From the NCBI GenBank assembly GCA_964445835.1, contig CAYUMN010000001.1, forward strand, positions 1 to 57,381: a stretch of 57,381 bases of DNA. The letters are read 5' to 3'. Positions 9,871 through 18,512 of this stretch are shown in pieces. Under the pieces are notes generated by a model. The model had not been told where the DNA came from. It saw only the letters and a list, made by a program, of their open reading frames with translations, and searched no databases. Both the position numbers and the translations under genes were made by a program. This stretch comes from an uncultured Gemmatimonas sp. (GTDB taxonomy: Bacteria; Gemmatimonadota; Gemmatimonadetes; Gemmatimonadales; Gemmatimonadaceae). Every line of letters starts with the position of its first letter. Position 1 is the stretch's first letter.

Positions 9871-10420
9871 CTACCGGTAGAGGTAGATGTTGTCCATGTA
9901 GATCACCATTGGGCCAGTGGAGACGAAGAGCAACTGCTGCAGCGCGGTCTTCGCGCTCAGTCCCACACAGCTCGTGAGCGGGATGTTGAGCGAGACCCAC
10001 GATCCGTTGGCGAGTGCGCCGGCCTGGTACCGACACGAAAGGATCGGTCAGGGTGCTGTTGCCGGCACTCCAGTTGGTCCGCCAAGTCTCGACCGCGCGG
10101 TTCGTGTACAGGGTCGTGAAGGGCGAAATGACATCGCCAGCCGCCTCGGTCGGCGCCGGGGCGATGGTGTTCGGTACGGCGAGCGGTGCCGAGACAGTGA
10201 TGGTAGAGCTGGACGGCACGGCGAGTCCGCCGAGGGTCGCGGTGATGATCGTGGTGCCGCCGCTGAGGCAGGTGATCAAGCCGTCTGGGCTGACGGTCGC
10301 CACGGCGGGATTGCTCGACGTCAACGTGTACCAGCGCCACGCGACATCCGGCCGACCGGCAGATTCTCGTACTGCACGTACTGCAGGCAGTATCGGGTCC
10401 GGAGCGAGGTGCCGCCAGGT
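9871..10420 (-). pseudogene. Decayed remnant of an Ig-like (Big_2) / carbohydrate-binding-module surface protein
   Basis: Protein-like pieces fall in different frames: VQYENLP; WRWYTLTSSNPAVATVSPDGLIT...DVISPFTTLYTNRAVETWRTNWS; then GSWVSLNIPLTSCVGLSAKTALQQLLFVSTGPMVIYMDNIYLYR-stop (TAG at 9873-9871). No start or signal peptide found; left boundary of the gene (right coordinate) approximate. Confidence 0.72.
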
Positions 10421-10579
10421 GCGCTACTGCCGCGACCATCCCGCGAAAGGACTAGGCGTGACGTAGTTCCTAAATCACTCGTGCGAGCAGTGCCTCCGAA
10501 AAGCATTCCGCGGCATCCTCCTCTTGGGGCTATCGGCGTCGCCGAAGTCGCCCCGTCGCTCACTGGGAGAACCATTTAC

Positions 10580-11404
10580 ATGTCACCGCTCACGAATCGC
10601 TCGCGCACGTCGCTCGTTCTTGCCACCCTCGTCCTCGGCCTTGTCGCCGTGGGCTGCTCCGACAGCACCGGTCCCGACCCCGTCTCCCCCACCTTGCCTG
10701 GTGCTGGTCCTGGGACCGGTGGCGCCGGCGGCAATGGCCCCACGCCGGTATTGCTTGGCGCGGCGGGTGACTTCGTCATCCTCGCCAAGACCGGCATCTC
10801 GACCGTCCCGATCTCGGCTATCACCGGAAACATCGGGATCAGCCCGGCCGCGGCGTCCTTCCTCACCGGATTCTCACTGACGCTCGGCAGCGGCGCGGCC
10901 TTCGCGACCTCGACGCAGGTGACGGGGAACGTGTTCGCGCCGGGCTATGCCGTCCCGACGCCGACGAATCTGACCACGGCGGTCGGCGCGATGCAGACGG
11001 CGTACACCGATGCCGCCGGCCGCACGTTGCCGGATCATGTGGAACTCGCGACGGGCAATCTGGGCGGGCTCACGCTTCCCCCGGGCCTGTACAAGTGGTC
11101 CAACACCGTCACGATTCCGGCCAACGTCACGCTCGAGGGTGGCGCGACCGACACCTGGATTTTCCAGATCGCTGGAGGCCTGACTCAGTCGTCGGGGAAG
11201 CGCGTGATCCTGAGCGGCGGTGCGTTGGCGGAGAATGTGGTCTGGCAAGTGGCCGGCGTGGTCACGATCGGCACGACGGCGCACATGGAAGGTCGCCTCT
11301 TCTCGCAGACGGCGATTTCAATGGGTACCGGCGCAAGGGTCAACGGACGCCTCTATGCGCAGACGGCCGTCACGATGGCCAGCGCGACAGTCGTGGTGAA
11401 ATAG
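10580..11404 (+). CDS. Ice-binding protein, DUF3494 family, lipoprotein
   Basis: GGAGA RBS; lipobox AVGC; Gly/Pro linker; FVILAKTGIST, ITGNIGISP, MQTAYTDAAGR, TLPPGLYKW, WIFQI, NVVWQVAG, NGRLYAQTAVT. Confidence 0.93.
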   Translation: MSPLTNRSRTSLVLATLVLGLVAVGCSDSTGPDPVSPTLPGAGPGTGGAGGNGPTPVLLGAAGDFVILAKTGISTVPISAITGNIGISPAAASFLTGFSLTLGSGAAFATSTQVTGNVFAPGYAVPTPTNLTTAVGAMQTAYTDAAGRTLPDHVELATGNLGGLTLPPGLYKWSNTVTIPANVTLEGGATDTWIFQIAGGLTQSSGKRVILSGGALAENVVWQVAGVVTIGTTAHMEGRLFSQTAISMGTGARVNGRLYAQTAVTMASATVVVK

Positions 11405-11609
11405 CCGGACGATGTTCGGGAAGGCCGCCCTCGTTGCTTGGGGGCGTCCTCACTCCCGTTCAGGAACACAAGGCTGTTGAGGAGTGCGACGGTGGCAAAT
11501 AACGTCACAAATCGTCATGCTCGCCCTTGCGCCTCAATCGTCGGACGCGGACATTCCCTGTCTGCGCACTCAGCTATAGAAATGGGCGCGCGCACGACTC
11601 GCACCCATC

Positions 11610-13715
11610 ATGTCAGACGACCTTCCCGAATCCCCAATTCCGGAGCCTTCATCGGCCGAGGATGTGCCCAGTACGCCGCGCGGATCCCGCTCCGTGGACC
11701 CGGTCATGGTCAAGCTCGCCGAAGCCACGGGGAGCGAGTATCGAGTTGAACGCGAACTCGGTCGGGGTGGAATGGCGACGGTGTATCTCGCGCACGACCT
11801 GCAGCTCGAGCGCAAGGTCGCCATCAAGGTCATGGGCGCGGATCTGTTCGCCGCCGGCGATATCCTCGTCGATCGGTTCCTGCGGGAGGCCCGGACGGGG
11901 GCGCGGCTCAATCACCCGCACATCATCCCCGTCTACGCGATCCGCGAGTCGAAGGAGCTGATCTACTTCGTGATGAAGTTCATCGACGGGAAGCCGCTCG
12001 ATGACGTGATCAGCAAGTACGGCCCCCTCCCGATCGCGCTCGTCGCGCGCGTGATGGCGCAGGTCGCCGACGCGCTGGCGTACGCGCACCGCAACGGCAT
12101 CGTGCACCGGGACATCAAGCCCGGCAACATCATGCTGGACAAAGAGGGGTGGGTGGTCCTCACCGACCTCGGCATCGCGAAGGTCCAAGAAGCCTCGATG
12201 CTCACGGCCACGGGTTCGGCGATCGGGACGCCGACCTACATGAGCCCCGAGCAGAGCAGCGGATCGAAGGAGACGACCGGCGCGTCGGACCAGTACTCAC
12301 TCGGCTGCGTCGCCTTCGAGATGCTCACGGGGCGTCCGCCCTTCCAGTCGGACTCGATGATCGGCCTGATCTTCCAGCATCACGCCGATCCGCCGCCGCC
12401 GTTGCACACGCTGCGCTCGGATGTGCCGGGGGACATTGCCGCGGCCGTGATGAAGATGCTCGCCAAAGGTCCGGAGGATCGGTACGCGAGTATGGAAGAG
12501 TGCGCGCAGTTCTTCCGCGATCGCTCGATGGGGGACGAGGAGGAGTTCCGACTCCTGCTCCGCGCCTTCGCCACAGGATCGGGCACGGAGGAGGCGGCGG
12601 GGCGAGTCAACACGCCACGGACGCCGATGCCGACCAAGAACCCCGCAGTTGGAACGCCGCGTCCGCCGAATCGGCCGAGCCGCCGCGAGGTCGCGGTCTC
12701 GACGACGGGGATGGTGCCGGTGGCGCGTGAGTTCACGACCGGGAACACTCCGGTCGTCGGCATGGCGACCGTAGCGGGAGGTCCGACATCGGATGCGGCC
12801 GCCGCGGCGAAGGCCGCGTGGCCGCGCACGCTGATTCGTCCCCCCGAGCAACAGAAGATCACCGCCCGGAGTTTCCGCGCCCCCGGCATCCTCACGATGC
12901 TGTTCGTCGCGGCACTCGTGTGGTTCCTGTTCTTCCCGCAGCTCGGGGATCTCGAGACAACGGTCCCGCAGAGCACCGCACTGATGCTGATGCGACAGAC
13001 CGAGGCCGAGGCCGCGGTGCGCCGTGGGTCGGCGCCCGGGGCCGAGGGAAGTTGCGAGGGAGTGCGCAACGATCTCCCGAACTGTCGGAAGCAGACGCCA
13101 GTCTCGCTCGACAGCATCGCGCCGGCGATGGTCGACGCGGTAAGGTTCGCGACCGACTCGCTCTTCAACGCGCGTCAGGGCGCCGATTGGATCGCGATGC
13201 GTCGGGCCGCGGGCTACCCGCGCGATGCCTTTGAGTGGGGGAACAGCGTCGATCGGTCGGATTTCTTTTCGGTGATGCCCACGCTGCTCAACCACATGGA
13301 CGTCGTGGGGCAGTCAGGTTCGTTGACGCAACGCGTGGTGCAGACGATCTGGTATCCGGCGGACAACGGCCTCTTCCGCAAGGCGCGTGAGATTCGTCTG
13401 GCGAACCGGTTGGCGGGAACGCTGACGAAGGATCGGATTCTTGAGCTCTACCTGAACGTCGCGGAGTTCGGCCCTGGGCTGTACGGTGTTGAGGCCGCAT
13501 CGCAGTCGTATTTCGGCATTCCGGCGAGCAAGCTGAGCAAGGCGCAGGCTGCGACGCTCGCCGCCACGCTGGCCACGCCGCGGACCTCGACGCCTGCGCA
13601 GGAGCCCGAGGCGATGACGCGGCGGCAGCGGCTGATCCTCCGCCGACTGAATGGCGAAGCGGTCAGTATCCCCGTCGCGTACGTCGCCACGGATTCGGCG
13701 CCGCGTGCGCCCTAA
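11610..13715 (+). CDS. Hanks-type Ser/Thr kinase + TM helix + degenerate GT51 (MtgA-like) transglycosylase domain
   Basis: Kinase: GRGGMATV, VAIKV, HRDIKPGN, DLG, YMSPEQ, SDQYSLG. TM: ILTMLFVAALVWFLFF. GT51: RKARE, KDRILELYLNVAEFG..YGVEAASQSYFG, with motif 1 altered to TDSLFNARQG. Confidence 0.9.
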   Translation: MSDDLPESPIPEPSSAEDVPSTPRGSRSVDPVMVKLAEATGSEYRVERELGRGGMATVYLAHDLQLERKVAIKVMGADLFAAGDILVDRFLREARTGARLNHPHIIPVYAIRESKELIYFVMKFIDGKPLDDVISKYGPLPIALVARVMAQVADALAYAHRNGIVHRDIKPGNIMLDKEGWVVLTDLGIAKVQEASMLTATGSAIGTPTYMSPEQSSGSKETTGASDQYSLGCVAFEMLTGRPPFQSDSMIGLIFQHHADPPPPLHTLRSDVPGDIAAAVMKMLAKGPEDRYASMEECAQFFRDRSMGDEEEFRLLLRAFATGSGTEEAAGRVNTPRTPMPTKNPAVGTPRPPNRPSRREVAVSTTGMVPVAREFTTGNTPVVGMATVAGGPTSDAAAAAKAAWPRTLIRPPEQQKITARSFRAPGILTMLFVAALVWFLFFPQLGDLETTVPQSTALMLMRQTEAEAAVRRGSAPGAEGSCEGVRNDLPNCRKQTPVSLDSIAPAMVDAVRFATDSLFNARQGADWIAMRRAAGYPRDAFEWGNSVDRSDFFSVMPTLLNHMDVVGQSGSLTQRVVQTIWYPADNGLFRKAREIRLANRLAGTLTKDRILELYLNVAEFGPGLYGVEAASQSYFGIPASKLSKAQAATLAATLATPRTSTPAQEPEAMTRRQRLILRRLNGEAVSIPVAYVATDSAPRAP

Positions 13716-14685
13716 CGGCACTCCGCGCCGGCTCCTGCTTGCGGCGCTCTGCCTCTTGGGCGTCGCCGGGTGTGCGGCGCGTCCGAAGCTCTGGCTCTTC
13801 ACGGCACCGTGGGATGTGCGGAGCGATTCCGCGCTCGCCTCTGGGGTCGCGCCGAGGGCGACGATCATCTCGGGCTGGATCAGCCTAGACTCTGCGGGTG
13901 GCCTGCCGGTGACGCTCTTCGAGGATCCGCCACGCGACCCAGATGAGCGTCGCGGCGATCGCTTCGCCCTGATCACGAGCTATCGCGTCGACAAGTTCCA
14001 CCCGGAAGCGGTCCGCGCGCTGGCCCGCGATGTGGCGGCCCGCCAGCGCGCCGCCGATGCCGTGGAGACGCTGGTGCGCGCCGGTACCTACGCGGGTGTG
14101 GTGCTGGATCTTGAGGCACTCGAGATCAGCGACACCACGGCGCTCGCCGTCGTCACGGCGTCGTTGAGCGCCGCGGCACGACGTGGTGGCGCACGCGAAG
14201 TCGCGATCGCGGTCCCTGCGCTCGATACGGTGGCGTACGCGGCGCGGGTGCTGCTGCCGCATGTCGATCGCCTGTTGGTGATGCTCTACGATCAGCATTG
14301 GACCGGCTCCGAACCCGGCCCCGTGGCGGCGCGCGCGTGGGCGCGTGAGGCGCTGCAGCGCTGGGTCGCGTCGGCGGGAGCCGACCGCGTGGTCGCGGCG
14401 CTGCCGGTGTACGGCTACCACTGGCGCACTGGCGTCGCGACCGATGTGGTGGGGTGGAGCGATGTGCAACGTTTGGCTCGCGAGTCCGGGGCACGCGCCG
14501 CGCGCGACACGGCCTCGGGCTCCCTGCGCCTGCAGATGGGCGAGCAGGGAGAGGCCTGGCTCGCGGACGGCCCGCTCTTGGCCCACATGGCAGAGGACGC
14601 GCGCGCGCTCGGCGTGCGCACCGTGGCGCTCTGGCGCCTCGGCCTCGAGGATCCGGCGGTCTGGACCGCCTTGGGAGTGCGATGA
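13705..14685 (+). CDS. GH18-like glycoside hydrolase lipoprotein
   Basis: Lipobox VAGC; YAGVVLDLE (DxE), VMLYDQHW..SEPGPVA, ALPVYGYHW, ALWRLGLEDP. GTG start overlaps the kinase stop by 11 nt. Confidence 0.85.
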   Translation: MRPNGTPRRLLLAALCLLGVAGCAARPKLWLFTAPWDVRSDSALASGVAPRATIISGWISLDSAGGLPVTLFEDPPRDPDERRGDRFALITSYRVDKFHPEAVRALARDVAARQRAADAVETLVRAGTYAGVVLDLEALEISDTTALAVVTASLSAAARRGGAREVAIAVPALDTVAYAARVLLPHVDRLLVMLYDQHWTGSEPGPVAARAWAREALQRWVASAGADRVVAALPVYGYHWRTGVATDVVGWSDVQRLARESGARAARDTASGSLRLQMGEQGEAWLADGPLLAHMAEDARALGVRTVALWRLGLEDPAVWTALGVR

Positions 14686-16184
14686 CGACCTTTGTGAAAA
14701 GTGGGATCGCGCCGCTCGATCGCCAGATTGGCGGCTTCGTCCCCGGGCGCCCCTACCTGATCTCCGGCAATCCGGGCACCGGGAAGAGCACCGCCTGTCT
14801 CGAGTTCATCGACGCGGGCGTGCAAGCGGGAGAGCGTGGATTGATTCTCACCCATGATGACCCAGGTGACCTGCTCGATTCTGCGGAGTTCCTCGGGATC
14901 GATCTCGGCGAATCGCTGCTCACCGATCGTGTCCGTATCGTCACCTTCCAGCTCGACTTCGTGCGCCGCTTCATGCGCGCCGCCACGCCGATGCAGGCCT
15001 TCGAGGAGCTGCTTCGGCAGATCGGCGACGAGCCGGTGCAGCGGATCAGCATCGATTCCATCGTCCCCTTCCTCGAGGGCGGAGGCGCGGGATCGCAGTC
15101 GATCTTCTCACTCGTGGATTTCCTCGACGCGTTGCAGGCGACCGCCATGATCACCTACCCCGGGGATCTCGCGGGACTCTACGATCAGCGACTGGAACCC
15201 TTGCTGCAGCGGGCGGGCGGCGTCTTTCACCTCGCCGCCTCCGAGCACGGCCGTCGTCGCGGCAACCTGCAGATCCGCAAGCTGCGTCATCAGGCGCGGT
15301 CGGTCGCGCCGGTGCGCTACAAGATCGATCCGGGATTCGGCTACGCGCAGGACGGTGAGCCGAACGTGAAGGAAGACACGATGATCGAGGAGCTGCGCCG
15401 GCGTCTGTTGATCGTGCGGCTGAGTGCGCCGTTTCCGGAAGGGTTGTTGGCGACGCTCCAAACCAGCTTCTCGGTCACGGTGCGTGCCTCGATGCCGCCG
15501 CAGTTCGCTGAGTCGATCCGCGACGGGATGGGCGCGCTCATGTTGTGCGTGCAGCGCGACACGCTCGACGATGCCCTGCAAGGCGTGCGGCAACTCCGCG
15601 CGGCGGACGTCCGGACGCCGGTCGTGCTCGTCACGCCATTTCATCTGCGTGCGAGTGATCGTACGCGTGCCCTGCGTGCCGGTGCGGACGACTTCCTCAG
15701 TGCGAATCTTTCCGAGCCCGAGTTCGTCGAGCGGTTGCGCGGCATTGTGCGGCGCGGGCGCTCGAAGGCGCTGGCGAGCCGCGACCAAGGCATTCCGACC
15801 GTCCTGCAGCCGATGGACGATCAAGGCCGCTATCAGTTGTTCGACGAAGATGGCTTCGCGTCGACGGTGCAGTCGGTCCTGACCTCGGTGCGCGATCCCT
15901 TCTTTGCTGTCCTGCGTGTCTCCTCTCCCGGCGGCGATCAGAACGCGCTCGCGGCATTGATGATTCGCGTGCTCCGCGTGGACAGCGGAGACTTCGCTGG
16001 CGTGTTGGGCGAGGGGGTGACTGCGTATCTCGAGGGGGCGCGACCGGCAGACCTCACGGGGCTACTCGCACGCATCGATAAGCAGTGGGCCGATGAAGGC
16101 GGGCCACCGCTGCACGCCGAGACCATGGGCTTCCCTTCGGACGGCGAGCGTCTCTACGCGCTCCTTGGGCTTTCGGTCGCCTAA
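14682..16184 (+). CDS. KaiC/RecA-like ATPase + pseudo-receiver + degenerate GGDEF-like domain protein
   Basis: SGIAPLDRQIGG, Walker A GNPGTGKS, Walker B ISIDSI, KLR finger; REC-like ALRAGADDFLS without an obvious phospho-Asp; C-terminal LRVDSGDFAG. ATGA overlap with the previous gene. Confidence 0.8.
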   Translation: MTTFVKSGIAPLDRQIGGFVPGRPYLISGNPGTGKSTACLEFIDAGVQAGERGLILTHDDPGDLLDSAEFLGIDLGESLLTDRVRIVTFQLDFVRRFMRAATPMQAFEELLRQIGDEPVQRISIDSIVPFLEGGGAGSQSIFSLVDFLDALQATAMITYPGDLAGLYDQRLEPLLQRAGGVFHLAASEHGRRRGNLQIRKLRHQARSVAPVRYKIDPGFGYAQDGEPNVKEDTMIEELRRRLLIVRLSAPFPEGLLATLQTSFSVTVRASMPPQFAESIRDGMGALMLCVQRDTLDDALQGVRQLRAADVRTPVVLVTPFHLRASDRTRALRAGADDFLSANLSEPEFVERLRGIVRRGRSKALASRDQGIPTVLQPMDDQGRYQLFDEDGFASTVQSVLTSVRDPFFAVLRVSSPGGDQNALAALMIRVLRVDSGDFAGVLGEGVTAYLEGARPADLTGLLARIDKQWADEGGPPLHAETMGFPSDGERLYALLGLSVA

Positions 16185-18512
16185 GTGAGCATCAAGAAGA
16201 CCTCGTCGCTCGGCTATGCGATCAGCTTCGCGGTCGGACTCGGCGGGCTCACGCTCGGGGCTATTGGCGCGTTCTGGCAGGTGACGGGAGGCGAAGTGCG
16301 CCGGAGCGCGGCCGAAGCCGCCGAGGCCACGCAGCCGCGTCCGGTGTGGGTCGATACCACCACGCCATGGCAGCCGTCCCCGGAGGTCGCGCTCCTCGAC
16401 ACGTTGTACATGCTGCGCAACGAGGGACGTCTCGAGGAAGCGCTGGAGGTGGTGGAGCGATGGCTGAGCGATCATCCCGACGATCGCCCGATCCGCCTCG
16501 ACGGCGCGCGGATTGCGTTCGAAGCGAAGGTGCGCGCGCGGGGCGTGTTCCACTACCGACGCTATCTCTTCGGTGGTGAAGACAACGACGTGCTGCGCGA
16601 AGCGGTGAGCCGGATCCTCGCCGAGCTGCCACCGCCGGAGGCGCGAAAGGCATTGACGACGTTGCTCCGTGTGGACGATGCCGCGTACACGGCGAGAATC
16701 GGACTCGCGCGGGCGACGGCGGACGCCAGTGATCCCGTGGGCGCCGATACACTGCTCCGGCCGATTCCACCCTTTGCAGACTCGACGGTCGATCAACTGC
16801 GCCTGCTCGTGCGCCGTGCGCAGAATCCTGATATCTCGACGGCGCAACAGTGGGTGCGCGAGTATCCCGACGAGGGGCTCTACCGGCTCGTGCTCGCGCG
16901 CGCACTGAGTCGGGCGGGGCAACCGAGAGAGGCGTTGCAGCATTACGTGGCAGCGTTCGCGGTGGATACCTCGTTGGCGCTCCGCCACGAGGCGTCCGAT
17001 GTGGCGGTGGCGGGAGAGAATCTTGATATCGCGAGCGGCATCCTGGCAGACATCCTCGCGCAGGAGCCGGAGAATCAGCGGGCGCTGCTTTCGTATGCGC
17101 GCGTGCGCGCGAGGCTCGGCGACAACGCCGGCGCGGTGCGGACTTTTGAGCGCTTGATGGCCCTGAACCCGGATGAGCAGCGCTATCGTGAAGCGCGCGG
17201 TGTGCTGTTCGAGGTGACCGACACGGAGCTGACCATTCCCTTGCTCGCGCGGCTGGTGGCGTTCCGTCCGGATGATGACGTGTTGCGCTTCCGGTACGCG
17301 CAGGATCTCGAGGGTACGCGGCAGTTCGAGAAGGCTGAAGTGCAGTACGACACGCTGCTACTCCGCGTGCCGACGGCGGCGTTGTACCTGACGCGTGCTC
17401 GGCTACGTTCGGCGCGGAATGATCTTGCGGGTGCGATCACCGACGCGGCCGCCTCCGAGCGTTTGGAGCCCTCGGTGGACGCCGCGTTGATTCAGGGTGA
17501 CATCCACCGGTGGCGGCAGGAACGCGAACTGTCACGGGTGGCCTATGCCCGGGCAGCGGCGCTGGCGCCGGATGATGCCCGAGTGACTGAGTCGCGTCGG
17601 TTGTTGGGGGTACAGCGTCGTGAGGCGCTCGCCTTCGAACCCGAGTATGGCAGCGCCATGACGTCCAACGGGATCACGGACTCCGATGGATTCGAGTCGG
17701 TGACGATCCGCGCGCAGGAAGGGTTTGCGCCGCTTGTGGATGAGTCGGTGATCATCGTGGGTGGCGAGGTGCGCCGCACGAGTGGCGCGAACGGCGCGCT
17801 TCTTTCGGGGTTCGGTGGCGATGTCGGTATAGCGCGCCCCGTGGGTGGACTCCAGATGCTTGGCCGCGTTGGCGCGGTGACATTCGGCGGCACTCCGGCG
17901 CTCACTGGCCTCTTCGAGGTGACGAAGCGCTCGCAGCTGCTCTCGCTTCGTGGTGCCCTGACACGGACGCTCGCGTATGAGTCCCTGCGTTCCGGCAACG
18001 TGGTCGCGGCGGACAGCGCCATGGCGGCGACGACGCTCCTCGGCAGTATGAGTGCGCAACTGTCGCCGCGTGTTGATCTCTACGTGCAGGCGGACCACGC
18101 GCGACTTGGTGACGGCAATGCGCGCACCGTGATTGCTGGCGCGGCGCGTCGAAAGGGTTCTGGGCCATTCTCGCTGCTGTACACGGCGAGCGCGGCGACC
18201 TTTATCACTGGGACGGCCCGGTACTTCTCGCCCGATCTGTTCATCACGCAGGGGCTTGGAGTCGATGCGCGTCGCGATCGTCGCGAGGGTTGGTCGGTGG
18301 GTGCGCGCTTGGCGCCATCGTACGCCTGGGTCCGCGAGAGTGCGCCGGGGCGTCCCGCCGGCATGCAAGGGGCGCTGCAAGGGACGCTGTCCGGTGATGC
18401 GACCTGGCGTCGGCCCGGCTGGGAGGTCGGACTCTTCGGTGGCTACGGCCAGGATCGTGCGGGCACGTACCAAGCGGCGTACGGCGGATTGCGTGCGCGG
18501 ATGACCCGATGA
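16185..18512 (+). CDS. TPR-repeat plus C-terminal outer-membrane beta-barrel protein (PgaA/BcsC/PelB-like export protein)
   Basis: N-terminal hydrophobic helix; many TPR-like helix pairs (EALEVVERWLSDHPDD, ILAQEPENQRALLSYARV, YARAAALAPDD); amphipathic beta-strand C-terminal ~280 aa with a YFSP motif. Confidence 0.75.
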   Translation: MSIKKTSSLGYAISFAVGLGGLTLGAIGAFWQVTGGEVRRSAAEAAEATQPRPVWVDTTTPWQPSPEVALLDTLYMLRNEGRLEEALEVVERWLSDHPDDRPIRLDGARIAFEAKVRARGVFHYRRYLFGGEDNDVLREAVSRILAELPPPEARKALTTLLRVDDAAYTARIGLARATADASDPVGADTLLRPIPPFADSTVDQLRLLVRRAQNPDISTAQQWVREYPDEGLYRLVLARALSRAGQPREALQHYVAAFAVDTSLALRHEASDVAVAGENLDIASGILADILAQEPENQRALLSYARVRARLGDNAGAVRTFERLMALNPDEQRYREARGVLFEVTDTELTIPLLARLVAFRPDDDVLRFRYAQDLEGTRQFEKAEVQYDTLLLRVPTAALYLTRARLRSARNDLAGAITDAAASERLEPSVDAALIQGDIHRWRQERELSRVAYARAAALAPDDARVTESRRLLGVQRREALAFEPEYGSAMTSNGITDSDGFESVTIRAQEGFAPLVDESVIIVGGEVRRTSGANGALLSGFGGDVGIARPVGGLQMLGRVGAVTFGGTPALTGLFEVTKRSQLLSLRGALTRTLAYESLRSGNVVAADSAMAATTLLGSMSAQLSPRVDLYVQADHARLGDGNARTVIAGAARRKGSGPFSLLYTASAATFITGTARYFSPDLFITQGLGVDARRDRREGWSVGARLAPSYAWVRESAPGRPAGMQGALQGTLSGDATWRRPGWEVGLFGGYGQDRAGTYQAAYGGLRARMTR

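Noticed and set aside
9917-10579. N-terminal extension of the ice-binding ORF in the ORF track
   Set aside because: It is antisense to the pseudogene; the RBS and lipoprotein signal place the start at 10580.
14682-16184. Circadian clock KaiC
   Set aside because: Single ATPase domain, no EE motif, no kaiA or kaiB in the window, and fused to other domains.
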